From: Eledone cirrhosa
Taxonomy: Eukaryota
Assembly (NCBI GenBank): GCA_964016885.1
Contig: OZ024747.1
Span: 82,336,001 to 82,400,000, forward strand
Direction: 5' to 3'
DNA: 64,000 bases
This document shows positions 45,627 to 60,310 of this stretch, in pieces. Within the stretch, counting starts at the first letter, position 1. Every line of letters starts with the position of its first letter. Below the pieces are notes generated by a model. The model was not told the origin of the DNA, searched no databases, and saw only the letters and a list, made by a program, of their open reading frames with translations. The position numbers were made by a program, and so were the translations under genes.

Positions 45627-45630
<4 letters not shown>
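45127..45630. mobile_element. Family H fold-back insertion with a complete HHR on each strand (45165-45238 minus, 45381-45454 plus)
   Basis: Arms about 45127-45301 and 45319-45492. TCAC CTGATGA [long stem II] GAA ACA tg TGT C GTGA. Confidence 0.88.
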
Positions 45631-45667
<37 letters not shown>

Positions 45668-45861
45668 ACAAAGAAGAACAGGTCAACATCATTGAGTGCC
45701 TTCAAGTTGCAGATTTTACATCAGAATTTTCCTTCTTCTAGAATGATGTCTTAACAAGAATTAAGGGTCTCTGACACCCGGTGAACTAACACCGTGTGCT
45801 CGGATACCAAACCGAGTATTTACATACACATACATACATACATACATACATACATACATAC

Positions 45862-46170
45862 GTGATGGCTGCCCCCTCGTTATCGAGTATGGCCATTGCA
45901 CGATAGAACATTATTAATAATTATTAATTAATGCTGTCGTGCAATGCCTGTGCGTGAAGATTTTTTTTAAAGTGAGAAAAGACTGTGCACTGAGCCAATC
46001 CCACTCTCTGAGCGACAGTAGCTATAACCCGAAAAGAAGAAAAGATCAACATCATCGGTAACTACTGAGCCGCAGGTTTTATATCGGAGTTATCCCAGTT
46101 TCATGAGTTGCCTTCTCCTAGAAGTATGCCCTGACAAAGCCTAGGAGCCCTTCACTCCCACTGATTTAAC
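45862..46170 (-). mobile_element. Second non-autonomous RTE-derived family
   Basis: 3' end is identical to the LINE terminus at 19843-19880. Another copy at 61485-61662. Confidence 0.78.
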
Positions 46171-46351
46171 ATACATACATACATGCATACACACAGACAT
46201 ATATACATAAAAACATATATACATACACACATACATACATGCATACATACATACATACATATATACGTACACACATACACACATACATACATACATACAT
46301 ACATACATACATACATACATACATACATACATACATACATACATACATACA

Positions 46352-46801
46352 TGTTGGCTGCCAACTCGTTTTCGAGTACGGCCACTACTTTAAATCCATG
46401 TAGGAGAACCCCTACCGATCCGCTGAACGAGTGTGGCTTTTTAGTCCAGCCAGCGACTTGAAAACTCTGGTACAAACACTACACTTGTGACAATTATTGA
46501 AACATAGTGCTGGGCCCATGGTACCATGTGACGACAAGTGCAGAGAGATCTCCAGATATAAAGCAATGCCTGTGCCGTGAATCTTTTATAGTGAGCAAAG
46601 GCACTGCACAAAGCCAGTCCCACTCTTAACCAAGATGATATTTACCAAAAAGAAGAACAAGTCAACATCATTGGATACCATCAGGGTTGCAGGTGTTAAA
46701 TCAGAGTTTTCCTTCTCCTAGAATTCTGCCTTGACAAAGGCTAAGGGGTCATCTCTCCCGGTGATTTTGGATGGCCATTGACTCTTAAGAGCTCCTTTGC
46801 C
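46352..46801 (-). mobile_element. Non-autonomous RTE-derived element in (TACA)n
   Basis: Near-identical to 30902-31352. Confidence 0.82.
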
Positions 46802-46854
46802 ATACATACATACATACATACATACATACATACATACATACATACATACATACA

Positions 46855-46885
<31 letters not shown>

Positions 46886-47067
46886 GGAGTGGTATAATGT
46901 AGTTCAATGAACTCTACACGAGTGGAGTGTCGACAACTGAAATACATACGCATGTCCCAAACTTTAAACCTGGTTCATCTAACATAATAGTGTTGGAACA
47001 AAGCTATATTCCCATGAAAAAGAATAAGTTAAAAACCATTCACTATTATTTTATTCTTAATAATAAA

Positions 47068-47254
47068 GGCGGTAAATTGGCAGTATCGGTAGAGGCTCGG
47101 ACATGCTTTCCAGCATAGTTACGTCCTTTTATGATCTGAGTTCAAATCCCGCCGAGGTTAACTTTGCCTTTCATCCATACGGGATCGATAAAATAAAGTA
47201 CCAGTAATGTACTGTGTTATTACTGCCCTTGTGCCAAAAGTAGAAACAATTATT
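47068..47254 (+). mobile_element. tRNA-derived Meta-domain-type SINE
   Basis: ggcggtaaattggcag..ctgagttcaaatcccgccgaggttaactttgcctttcatcc..gataaaataaagtaccag. Confidence 0.85.
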
Positions 47255-47623
47255 TTATTCTTAATACATCAGGAGGGAATTGGTTAGTTTGATTCAGGCA
47301 TTTGCATCTACGTAAATATTACAAGTTAAGAATCGAAGCAGTATTCTTGTGATACTTCTTGTTGGTTTGAAATAGATATTTTTGACAGTTGAGTTAAAAT
47401 GTTCTCATTAACTGGAATATCAAATAGTTATTAGTTATCCCCTCCTTAATCAATGGCAAGTAACATAGTAAATTATGAGCAACTAGTCCTACCTTGCGGC
47501 TTCCACATTTTGTTAAACCTTGTTAATTACATTAATAGATCAAAATTTAACAAATCCTACCGGAGGCAAATTCTTTATCTTATAGATATATACACGCATA
47601 TATAGACATACATATATATATAC

Positions 47624-47675
<52 letters not shown>

Positions 47676-47685
47676 GTATATATAT

Positions 47686-47773
<88 letters not shown>

Positions 47774-47899
47774 ACAGACACACACAAATATATATATATA
47801 TATATAAAGTTTAAATTGGCTTTTATTCAATTAAGATATCTTGGATTGTTTCTTAAACATTTAAACAACAGTGACGTCATTAGAAATGTGGACTAATAG

Positions 47900-50046
47900 A
47901 CATATACGTGTCTGTCTGTATGTATGTGAGTGTGTGTGTCTGTTGTATATGTGTGTGGTGTGTGCGTACATGTGTGTTTGTCTGTATGTATGTGAGTGTG
48001 TGTGTCTGTTGTATATGTGTGTGGTGTGTGCGTACATACGTGTTTGTCTGTATGTGAGTGTGTGTGTCTGTTGTGTATGTGTGTGGTGTGTACGTACATG
48101 TGTGTTTGTCTGTATGTATGTGAGTGTGTGTGTCTGTTGTGTATGTGTGGTGTGTGCGTACATGTGTGTTTGTCTGTATGTATGTGAGTGTGTGTCTGTT
48201 GTGTATGTGTGTGGTGTATGCGTACATGTGTGTTTGTCTGTATGTGAGTATGTGTGTCTGTTGTATGTGTGTGGTGTGTGCGTACATGTGTGTTTGTCTG
48301 TATGTAGGTGAGTATGCGTGTCTATTGTATGTGTGTGTTGTGTGCGTACATGTGTGTGTGTATGTATGTATGTGAGTATGTGTGTCTGTTGTATATGTGT
48401 GGTGTGTGCGTACATGTGTGTTTGTCTGTATGTATGTGAGTGTGTGTGTCTATTGTATGTGTGTGTTGTGTGCGTACATGTGTGTGTGTATGTATGTATG
48501 TGAGTATGTGTGTCTGTTGTATATGTGTGGTGTGTGCGTACATGTGTGTTTGTCTGTATGTATGTGAGTGTGTGTGTCTGTTGTATATGTGTGTGGGGTG
48601 TGCGTACATGTGTGTTTGTCTGTATGTATGTGAGTGTGTGTGTCTGTTGTATATGTGTGTGGTGTGTGCGTACATACGTGTTTGTCTGTATGTGAGTGTG
48701 TGTGTCTGTTGTGTATGTGTGTGGTGTGTACGTACATGTGTGTTTGTCTGTATGTATGTGAGTGTGTGTGTCTGTTGTGTATGTGTGGTGTGTGCGTACA
48801 TGTGTGTTTGTCTGTATGTATGTGAGTGTGTGTGTCTGTTGTGTATGTGTGTGGTGTATGCGTACATGTGTGTTTGTCTGTATGTGAGTATGTGTGTCTG
48901 TTGTATATGTGTGTGGTGTGTGCGTACATGTGTGTTTGTCTGTATGTATGTGAGTGTGTGTGTCTATTGTATGTGTGTGTTGTGTGTGTACATGTGTGTG
49001 TGTATGTATGTATGTGAGTATGTGTGTCTGTTGTATATGTGTGGTGTGTGCGTACATGTGTGTTTGTCTGTATGTATGTGAGTGTGTGTGTCTGTTGTAT
49101 ATGTGTGTGGGGTGTGCGTACATGTGTGTTTGTCTGTATGTATGTGAGTGTGTGTGTCTGTTGTATATGTGTGTGGTGTGTGCGTACATACGTGTTTGTC
49201 TGTATGTGAGTGTGTGTGTCTGTTGTGTATGTGTGTGGTGTGTACGTACATGTGTGTTTGTCTGTATGTATGTGAGTGTGTGTGTCTGTTGTGTATGTGT
49301 GGTGTGTGCGTACATGTGTGTTTGTCTGTATGTATGTGAGTGTGTGTGTCTGTTGTGTATGTGTGTGGTGTATGCGTACATGTGTGTTTGTCTGTATGTG
49401 AGTATGTGTGTCTGTTGTATATGTGTGTGGTGTGTGCGTACATGTGTGTTTGTCTGTATGTAGGTGAGTATGTGTGTCTATTGTATGTGTGTGTTGTGTG
49501 CGTACATGTGTGTGTGTATGTATGTATGTGAGTATGTGTGTCTGTTGTATATGTGTGGTGTGTGCGTACATGTGTGTTTGTCTGTATGTATGTGAGTGTG
49601 TGTGTCTATTGTATGTGTGTGTTGTGTGCGTACATGTGTGTGTGTATGTATGTATGTGAGTATGTGTGTCTGTTGTATATGTGTGGTGTGTGCGTACATG
49701 TGTGTTTGTCTGTGTGTATGTGAGTGTGTGTGTCTGTTGTATATGTGTGTGGGGTGTGCGTACATGTGTGTTTGTATGTATGTAGGTGAGTGTGTGTGTC
49801 TGTTGTATATGTGTGTGGTGTGTGCGTACATGTGTGTTTGTCTGTATGTAGGTGAGTGTGTGTGTCTGTTGTGTATGTGTGTGGTGTGTGCGTACATACG
49901 TGTTTGTCTGTATGTAGGTGAGTGTGTGTGTCTCTTGTATATGTGTGTGGTGTGTGCGTACATGTGTATTTGTCTGTATGTATGTGAGTGTGTGTGTCTG
50001 TTGTATATGTGTGTGGTGTGTGCGTACATGTGTGTTTGTCTGTATG
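47900..50046. repeat. ~60-64-bp GT-rich minisatellite with ~514-bp higher-order period
   Basis: Unit tgtgtgtctgttgtatatgtgtgtggtgtgtgcgtacatgtgtgtttgtctgtatgtatgtgag. ORF-track peptides with the same start recur at 48510, 49024 and 49538. Confidence 0.93.
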
Positions 50047-50075
50047 TTACACAGACAGACAAAGAGAGAGACAGA

Positions 50076-50194
<119 letters not shown>

Positions 50195-51217
50195 GCAGAT
50201 ATAGTAAATAGAAACATACATTTCTCTGAAATCTGCATCAAGTAGCATCCACCATAAATGATTTCATGGTGTAATCACATCATTATGATGAACTTCAAAG
50301 AATCCATTGCAGACGAACGTTTTCCACCATGCAACATTATCATAAACACACACACACATACACACACACACACATACACACACACACACATACACACGCA
50401 CGCACACACACACATTCACACACACACACACACAGATACACACACATTCACACACACACATACGTACACAGTTAAATATACACACATTCACACACGCACG
50501 CACATATATACATACACACATACATATTCAAACACACACAGACACACACACATTCACACATACACACATACGTACACACATGCATATACATACACACAGT
50601 TACATACACACACATTCACACACACACATACGTACACACACACACACACACGCACACACACACACACACACACAATAATATTATTGATTCAATATTTTTA
50701 AAGTGGTACAAATATATCTGCAGTGATCATCTGATATAAACCAAACATTATGGCTATGTATGAATGATTTGTATGTGTATCGTTGCAGATGATTTGTGTG
50801 TGTGTGTGTGTGTGTGTTAGTGTGTGTGTGTGGGGGGGAACATGTGTGTATGAATGATTTGCATGTGTATCATTGCAGATGTTTTGTATGTGTGAGTGTG
50901 GGTGTACATGTGCGTGTGAGAGAGCTTGCATATGTGTGTGTGTGTGTGTGTATATATGATCGAGAGTAAATATCGAAATAGAAAAGGAGAAACTCATTTC
51001 CACATTAAGATATCAGAATGTTATGATATCAACAAAGCAGACGAAACAGATAGCGTATTAATTCATATCATACAGATATAGCATATCGAGGAGATTTATG
51101 AAACAGATGATATAGCATTAATGAAAATAGTGTAGCATGCGAAAATTTCGACGTTACTCACACATACATACATATATAAATACATATATACACACACACG
51201 TATATATATATATATAT

Positions 51218-51515
51218 ATTGTTATACTTTGGGAGAGTCATGTTGCCAATAAGAAACACACGCACCAGATGCTTTCACTCCAATTTATTATAAATAGAAA
51301 AAAAAATGTTTTTTTAATTTTTCAAAAAATGTCTTCGAAAATTTTTTTATTTCGGTTGGTTGGTTGGTTCCACAACCGGGCGGTTGTTCATATATTGTCA
51401 AAGTTCTTTCGTCACACATTCTGTGATCTCTTCAGTAACTGGGGATTCTTTTCTTTGTTTTGTGCCTCTCCTTTATTCTCTCCTACGCCATCTTATTGGA
51501 AGATGGCATAGGACA
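51218..51515 (-). mobile_element. Family K copy with HHR at 51397-51439
   Basis: Reverse complement: GTTA CTGAAGA G ATCACA gaatg TGTGAC GAA AG aa CT T TGAC. Confidence 0.82.
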
Positions 51516-52048
51516 GAAATATATAAAGCAGTAAATAAAGGATTATGAGTTCATGCAATTGATTTATGTTTCGTCACTATATATATATATATTTATTGTC
51601 GATCGACTCTCGTCAAATCGGACCGAGGAAACAATGTTTTCGTTGGTCTTTCCAATTGCTAGTACTTTCTATCGGTCGCAACTCCAGGTAGAAGGAGAAA
51701 CGTGAAATAAAGTGTCTTGCTCAATGACGGTCCAGGTATCGAATCTGGTGATGTTTTATATATATATATGTATACATATATATATAGAGAGAGAGAATGG
51801 AAAACGAAAAATCAGTGATGCATCGGAACTCAATTTATTGTGTGTTACAATTGTTTCCCCGGCGAACAGGTCGAGGTGCGATCCGTGTGTGGGTCGACCT
51901 GATTCTAGACTCGCAGGTATATATACATATATATATATACACATATATATATATATACATATACATATATATATATACACATATATATACATATATATAT
52001 ACATATATATATATATACACATATATATATATTTATATATATATATAT

Positions 52049-52250
52049 AGTGGCTGCCAACTCGTTTTCGAGTACGGCCACTACTTTATATCCATGTAGG
52101 AGAACCCCTACCGATGCGCTGAACAAGTGTGACTTTTTAGTCCAGCTCGCGACTTCAAAAATCTGGTACAAACACTACACTTGTGACAATTATTGACACA
52201 TAGTGCTGGGCCCATGGTACCATGTGACGACAAGTGCAGAGAGATATCCA
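52049..52250 (-). mobile_element. RTE-derived element, 3' fragment
   Basis: Matches 30902-31105. Confidence 0.8.
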
Positions 52251-52262
52251 TATATATATATA

Positions 52263-52850
52263 TTTTAGTAAGTAAGTTAATTTTTAATTTTTAAAATTTT
52301 CTTATTTTACGTCTTTCATATAATTGTTCTGCATCCTCCTGCATTGAACCACCTAGGTACTATGACATAACTTATGTATTTGCTAGCATTAATGTACATC
52401 TGTACGCATATGTTGGTAAATATACTAATTCTCTATATTTATCTCCAAATTATTTATTTGTTGAGCAAACCTGCCAAATCCACTACTAACTCATTGTAGT
52501 GGTAGTAGGCTTTTGTCATTTTACCACCCCACTCCTTCCGACTAGCCTCAGTGTCACGTGATTGATTCTTTAGAATCTGCCATTTGACCAGAGACAGTGA
52601 ACTTTTTCAGTGCTTTGGATTTCAGTCCCCGCTAGCTGTTCCATCCACCGAATTATTATTATTTTTATATGAGTCCCTAGTGTCCGCGCATTGCCTGGAG
52701 ACTTAGCTGAGAATAGACTCCCTGATGACGTAATGAATTCTCGATGGTTACATTGCGTAACTATCTTTATCCCATTACAGAAACTAATTAGTTAGAGTGA
52801 AAATTTTAGTAAGTTAATTTTTAATTTTTAAAATTTTCTTATTTTACGTC

Positions 52851-52859
<9 letters not shown>
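52263..52859 (+). mobile_element. Family B element: ~541-bp unit plus ~57-bp terminal direct repeat, in (TA)n
   Basis: ttttagtaag..ttttcttattttacgtctttcatata at 52263 and 52804. Confidence 0.85.
52717..52798 (+). ncRNA. Type-I hammerhead ribozyme, family B, 10-nt palindromic stem III (predicted cleavage after 52793)
   Basis: ACTCC CTGATGA c GTAATG..GATGGTTAC attgc GTAACTATC..CATTAC a GAA ACTAATTAGT T AGAGT. The copy at 15597 has GGAGT, which restores stem I. Confidence 0.82.
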
Positions 52860-52895
<36 letters not shown>

Positions 52896-52898
52896 GTA

Positions 52899-52943
<45 letters not shown>

Positions 52944-52969
52944 ATTTATATATATATTATATATATATA

Positions 52970-53049
<80 letters not shown>

Positions 53050-53102
53050 TATATTTATATATATGTATATTATATATGTGTGTATATATATGTATATATA
53101 TA

Positions 53103-53211
<109 letters not shown>

Positions 53212-53608
53212 TGAACTCCACGTGGGGTCAGTAATAGTCACACTTTGAATTAGCAACTGAACAAAAACCTGTTGATAAAGTGGCTTCCTTGTTCAATCAT
53301 CTTACTAGAAGCCTAACATGTTTTATGTAAGCGGACAGTACTTGATTTAGGAGTCGCAGAAACCCAAATACTGGATTTTACCAACCTTCCAGGGGTCCGG
53401 GTAAATTTTGAATCACATATATTTTTATTGTTTGACCCGAATTACTTGGTCGTTTCTTTGGCTTTGCGGATGCTTGTTTAACCATCGTCTCAGTGTGTTT
53501 GGCCTTTAACGTATGTTGCAGCTCTGATTCATCTGAATCATCGAGCGCTTGCCACACATCTCGGAAGTTGTTTTCGTTAATTCCTAAGCCGAAATACGAT
53601 TCTCGCTA

Positions 53609-53677
<69 letters not shown>

Positions 53678-53679
<2 letters not shown>

Positions 53680-54525
53680 ATCTTTACTTAAAGCATCAAA
53701 CTTTCTAAGAGTTACCAAAATCGTAGAAAAAATGTAAGGCAATGTAAGGCACTTAATCGCAGAAGTAACTGTAAATACAGTCGATTATTAAAGGCTTGGA
53801 AAATCGGGTAAAATACTTCCATGTCGTTGAGCACTTTATGGTAATCTAATGTATTTATATTTATTTCGATGTTTCTTAAGGGTTTACAATCCCATCCTCA
53901 TTATTTTCACTGCAAAATATAAAGTTGTTGAATGGATGTGTGATTGGATGTTTGCAATGTAATATTGTAATTCTAAACCCTCTTTGAACAGTCCATTATT
54001 TAGTGTGGAAGTGATGTGTTCAAATATTTTGGGTGTGGACAGGTAACAAAGAGGAATGGTATCATGGAAGATTTAGCAGTTCCAGTGAAAGGGCATTTTA
54101 TGGTGTGGGCTTCCATTTGGATAAGATAAGGGCCTTCTGATACAAACGATATCTAACGACTTCCGTTGGAGTTTAAGTATGTTTCCAGTGAGTATAAACC
54201 CAGCAAGATCCGACATTTCTCGCTGGGGCAGAGCGGGCATCTTTTCCTTCTGTTTTTTTTACGGCGTGGACTTTTCAAGTACTTTCCATGTAATGCCATA
54301 CGGTATTCCGTTTTCTTTTAGTAGCCAGGCCCTTTTTGCTAACACTGTGGTGATTTTCATGTTGGGATGCCTAAATTTGCTTAAATTGGTCCTGGATCAT
54401 ACCATATATTTTTTACAGGGTTTGGGCTGGTCGATGTTTGTGTATTTGATCTGTGCCTCATATTATGGACTTTATATTACAGTTTTCTTGTAATGGACAG
54501 TCGTCTTTCTTTCTGAAAGAGGATG
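53678..54525 (-). mobile_element. Degenerate Penelope-like fragment (GIY-YIG region + 3' UTR)
   Basis: Manual translation of about 54100-54520: DCPLQENCNIKSII..TTVLAKRAWLLKENGIPYGITWKVLEKSTP*..RCPLCPSEK. Confidence 0.8.
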
Positions 54526-56114
54526 CCGGGTTCACATCTGGTTTGTGCATGAAACTTCATTTATACTAAATAAGCTCTCGTAATAGTTTGAGCATTGTTT
54601 TCCTTAACCATTATCTCCGAATATCCTACACACATACACACACACACTGTCTTTGTTAACACATTTCAGTGAACAGACGTTCGTTATCCACACATAAAAT
54701 TGGTACGTGAGAGTGAATGCTTTGAACGATATAAAGATATGAAACAACAAAGAGATATGTCTGCAATATCTATCCAGTAAACCATTGAATGCGTAGAGAG
54801 TAGATTTGTGTTCAGTGATCGATGGATTTAAATGGTGACAAGTGAATACGTAACATTATATTTAATTTGAAATATATAGCAAAGACAACCATTGTTTCGC
54901 TTATTTAACGCAACACAACAGACCGCAACAGTTCTTAGAAATTTGAACATATTTATTATTTTTAAGATTTTTAAACGTGACAAGTTTTGTATGTTTGAAC
55001 TGTAGTCGATCAAACTGAAATTTGTCAGGAAAAAATTCGTTCTTTCATCATTAAGTGCTTTAAACGATTAGAAAAGAAAACGTGTCATCAAATAGTTTTT
55101 TAACAATATGCAGACAACATCACCAGATTGCATACATCTAATCCTAATTACATTTGTTGTATTTTACGGTTGGGTATTTACAAAATGGCCGTACCAGCTA
55201 AGAGTCGACAACGAGGCTCTACGTTGTCGATTTCGAGGATCACCCCGCAAGAATTTCTATTCTGCCAGAGTTTCCAGAGGGTTAGATATCAGCCCCAGAT
55301 GTCGATGAGACTACCTTGGGAGTCGACAAAATTTGGGGCAAAAACACGATATTTGTTTAATTAATGAAAATACAAACAGCTTATATAGGTTTCGTATATA
55401 TAAATATAATTAGCTTTTGTTGTTTATTCGTTTTGTGATCTGTTTAGGGATTTTTTATTATTAATTTTGCTTGATTGGGTCCATAAAGGGTTTAAGGTTT
55501 ATAATGTGTGATCGAAAGTCGGAAACGTTTGGGGATCTTTTTAATCTAAACAGATAAGATATGGCTCATTTATGTAACTAACACATGTAATTATCCAGTC
55601 ATCATTTAACGCTATGTCTATCTCTATCTATCAAGATGAGATAAACCTGTGATCAGCACAAAAAAAAGGGGGGAACACTAACATTGTCGTTCATCCTGTC
55701 AGAAATGGCGGTTGGTTCAGGTTTCAATATCAAACCCACAGTATCTTAAATAAGTAAAGAACACGTTAAATAGCGTAGTCCATGATCATGAGAACACAGT
55801 GTACCCGCTTGATCCAGGAATTGAACCCGCGTCATAATGATCATGAGTCCAACAGCTTGACCCCTAGGCCACGCACATTCACAGCATAATCCTAAATACA
55901 ATTAAACAGATGAAATGATCATGCTGAAATGCATTTGATCATGTCTTCTCTGCTGGGGTTGACGAGAAATAAATCAACAACATATATTTATTATGTCCAC
56001 CAGTAGATACATACATAGTTACTCTCCTCTATTTGAAAATAAAATAAACCAAGGAAATAAATAACGGGAATAAACAATTAAATCCTGAACTTGTTACAAT
56101 ATATGAACACACTG

Positions 56115-56169
<55 letters not shown>

Positions 56170-57097
56170 AATGATTTATTTATTTCAAATGTACGTACGT
56201 AAGTCTGCGTGTATGTACGTATGTATTTATGTATGTAAGTACATAGGTGCGTACATTAGTACGTATGTACCGATGTACATATACATATACATGTATATGT
56301 ACATATACATGTATATGTATACATATACATATACATGTATATATATGCATGTATATGTATACATATACATATACATGTATATGTATATGTGTGTATGTAT
56401 TATTTTTATCGTCATTAGTAATGTTTTTTTCTTGATGTTATTGTTATTCCTTTCAATTTCAGTAGAAATGTTATTATGCCGCTGATGTTATTGTCGTTGA
56501 CTCTTTTTATGTTGTTGTAGTTGTTGTTGTAGTTGTTGTTGTAGTTGTTGTTGTAGTTGTTGTTGGCTGAAAAATTAGAGTAAATAGAAATCACTTGGCG
56601 TATTCATTTATCTGGCCTACTCCGATCTCGTCTAGAATATTCTGCAGGTATTTCGACAATAAGCAATCACATCTCTCTCACTCTCTCTCTCTCTCTCCCT
56701 CTCTCCGTCATTCTCTCTCCCTCTCTCCCCCTGTCTCAGTTTCTCTCCGTTCCTCTGTCAACCTCTCTCCCCCTCTCTCAGTTTCTCTCCGTTCCTCTTT
56801 CACCCTCTCACGGCCTCCCTCCGTCCCTCTCTCCGTCTCTCTCCGTTCCTCGGCCTCTCTCCGTTCCTTTCACCCCCTATCTTTCTCTCTCCCTCTGAAA
56901 ATAATTAATTGTTCTATTGATACGTACATTGAAGGTCAACATCTGTCTGTTGATTGTGCTTCTATTGATTATCGCTAACATATTACTTTGATACTCACTC
57001 AACCTTAACTGTTTTTCAAAATTGGCAATAGACACAATTCTTCAAATAATAGACAGATGGAATATATATGCATGTGTGTGTATACATACACATATAC

Positions 57098-57258
<161 letters not shown>

Positions 57259-57287
57259 CATAAATATATATATGTGTATGTATATTA

Positions 57288-57399
<112 letters not shown>

Positions 57400-57431
57400 C
57401 ATAAATACATATATATATATATGTATGTATA

Positions 57432-57519
<88 letters not shown>

Positions 57520-57665
57520 CACATACACACACACACATATATATATGCGTGTGAGGTGTGTATATATATTATATATACATGCATTCTTACATATAATATA
57601 TAAATAGATATGAGTTACATATATACCCAATATTTACACTCATACATACCTTCCAGTGTGTGTGA

Positions 57666-57699
<34 letters not shown>

Positions 57700-57700
<1 letters not shown>

Positions 57701-57892
57701 ACGAAGGAAATGTTATAAGGAACCAGGTGGACCATACCGCACCAAAGTACTCAATACTTAGGGTAGTAGAGTGGGTAATAGGAACGAGTAGGACCCCGAC
57801 TGTTGAGATCAAGCCGTTTAGACGGCTAATTCTGGACTAAATTAGCCGTCGAAACGGCTTGAGCTCAGCCGTCGGGGTCCTACTCGTTCCTA

Positions 57893-57893
<1 letters not shown>
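57700..57893 (-). mobile_element. Family D fold-back insertion in (TA)n
   Basis: Arms 57778-57893. GACGGCTAAT tctggactaa ATTAGCCGTC GAA ACGGC ttgagctca GCCGT C GGGG. Confidence 0.82.
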
Positions 57894-57954
<61 letters not shown>

Positions 57955-58000
57955 TGATAAAGAACACAAGAGCGTCTACAACATCAAACATTTTTTATTG

Positions 58001-58045
58001 GCTTACAATGTTTCTTCCTTACGTAACCGTAGGATTCTTCGGAGC
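58001..58045 (-). ncRNA. Hammerhead motif related to family F (core CCGAAGA), in insert 57955-58530
   Basis: Reverse complement: GCT CCGAAGA A TCCTACG gtta CGTAAGGA A GAA AC att GT A AGC caataaaa. Downstream flank resembles 7057-7115. Confidence 0.68.
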
Positions 58046-58539
58046 TATAAAAGGGGTTTGATTGGTGTTATGGACTCTACCAACCAAACATTCAAGAACA
58101 AAGAATAAAGAGAGTAAAGAGCAAAAGCAGGGGACAATAAGTCTAATTTTGGTGCGGGAGGGTGGGGTGTGGGTCCTTGTTTACTAGCTGTGGTCATATT
58201 CATTCCTGGGAGTCGAGTGGTTAGTGAAGCCATAGATGGGGTGGCGTCGATAGTAGGGTGCAGGGGGGTGCAGAGGCTACACACACACAAAGGGCATACA
58301 CTATATATATAACGGAGGAGAAAGTACGTGAGGTAATTAGAAATGGAATAAGAGTAATAATAATAATCTATAGTTAATAATGTATAATAAGGCATGGGGA
58401 AGATTACACTATAATAAGGTATAAAAGTAAGAATAAGGTAAAATATAAAGGATGATAAAAGTGAAAATAAGAATAAAGATAAAAAAATATATATAAAAAA
58501 TATATAGAGAATATATAAAAAATATAAGCAAGTATTATA

Positions 58540-59930
58540 TATATATTTATTAAAATAACAGATTAAAGTTTAAGCAGAGAATCGCTGCTTTCACCCTTAA
58601 CGGGATCGTCTGAAACTAACAAAGTCAATCTGTAAACGCAGAAGTGGATATTTCAAAAAACGTTGCAACCGGAGGAAGACAGGAAGACGATACTTTGGTT
58701 CGTGGAAACGTTCGCTGGCAAAGAACGGGAAAAAACGAATAATACGTCATTAATAGGAGCGGTGAAAAACAATTACGCGCAAAGACAGAACCACGTTTAT
58801 GGTATAAAAGAGGTCGTAGACTAATGTTCTCTTAGGTGGTTCATAGAGACGTTCTCTGGCAATGAACGAAAAAAACGAAGATAATACGTCATATGTGGAG
58901 CGTGGAGAACAAGAGCACGCAAAGACAAAACCACGTAAATTGTATAGCAGAAGTCGTAGACTAAAATTCTAACTAGGAGACCGAATGAATCTCCGCTACA
59001 GAGTTAAGAATAAAGTAAATAAATACAATACAGAAGTAATAGAAATAAATAAATACATACACGCAAACAAATACGTACATACACAAGCATACGCAGAACA
59101 CTTACCATCGGTATACAAAACCACGCACATATAAATATGTGTGTGTGTGTGTATGCGTGTATACAAATAAATAAATAATTATATAAACGTATATAAATAA
59201 ATAAATACGTATATAACGAGCGCACACACATACCTACATGTAAATATACGAATGTTCGGAGACGTATGTCAACCAAAACATGAAGTACACATATACACAC
59301 ACCCTACATACGTACGAACCTGCATACTCACGCAGACGCAAAACTCCCGTATACACATAGCCAAACCATATGTACCAGAATATATAAAATTATACGCCAT
59401 AACATAAACAATCAAATATACGTACGAGAAGGTATACGTACCTTCACAAAACATACGGGTAAACTATACTTACCTATGCAAATAAGTAATGGTATAAACA
59501 AAACATACTTAGCTCCCACATCAAGACGTAAAATATCCACGTATAAATCGTACTATCTGTTAGGGTATAACGTGGGGCTGTAATACAGGAAAGTTTTGTG
59601 CAATTTATGTTTACAAGCCGAAATTGCCTCAGATTTTTTGTTTAAGATGTGGTCTGTGGCGTAGAGTATTTTCAGGACCTTAGCGGCGCAGAGGTCACAT
59701 GGTCTTTTATTTCCGTTATACGATCTAGCCCTAGCTAGGATCTCCCAGTGTAACTTATATTGGGTGTGGTTGTCTTTTAGACTCCAGATATGAGCTGAAA
59801 GTGACGTCATATTCCTTCTTAGGGGGTAACGAAAAGAATGGGTATGCATGTAAAGACGCTGGTTGAATCTATTGTCGGTTAACCCTATGTAGGCCCTATA
59901 ACCATTTAACATCTCAGGGTATGTCATGTA
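58540..59930 (-). mobile_element. 5'-truncated Penelope-like element (GIY-YIG C-terminal half + ~1 kb 3' UTR ending in family E HHR)
   Basis: ORF 59553-59927: AYIGLT..FNQRL..H..TSLSAHIWSLK..WEIL..CDLC..ILNKKSE..CKH. 3' part is homologous to 5185-5490. Confidence 0.88.
58567..58617 (-). ncRNA. Hammerhead-like motif with CAGACGA core, family E
   Basis: Reverse complement: AGTTT CAGACGA T CCC gttaa GGG T GAA AGCAG cgattct CTGCT T AAACT. All three stems are intact. Confidence 0.72.
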
Positions 59931-59933
59931 TCA

Positions 59934-59994
59934 TTATATTTTGTCTGATGAGGACGTACTGTTGTACATCCGAAATATGTATAATAAAATGTAA
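59934..59994 (+). ncRNA. Type-I hammerhead ribozyme (G-like stems I and III) abutting the PLE truncation point in inverted orientation
   Basis: TTATATTTTGT CTGATGA GGAcGTAC tgtt GTACaTCC GAA ATATGTAT A ATAAAATGTAA. Confidence 0.88.
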
Positions 59995-60310
59995 TTGATC
60001 AAAAGAAGATCTATTTTATTAATACTTACATTTTGAAAATGTGTACGTGAACAACAATTATCATTGAGTGGCTGCTATTTGCAGTATAGCAATATAAGGT
60101 TGCACTTACCAATGAAACGGTCGTAAATACTGGATAAAATCCTTCTCTTAATGCTTACCTGTGTTTTCTCTTTTATACTTTATACTCCAAGATTGAACGG
60201 AATTCTTACAAACTTGTGGAGTTACCCCTAACCGTACGTTGAAACCGTCCATGAAACTGGCTTTCTTAACCACGAACTGGAACTGGATCAATAAGCAATT
60301 TTCTGCTTCC

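Noticed and set aside
55100-55370. Relatively CpG-rich unique stretch with short ORFs and AAAATGGC
   Set aside because: No recognisable protein or structure, and a promoter call cannot be supported from sequence alone.
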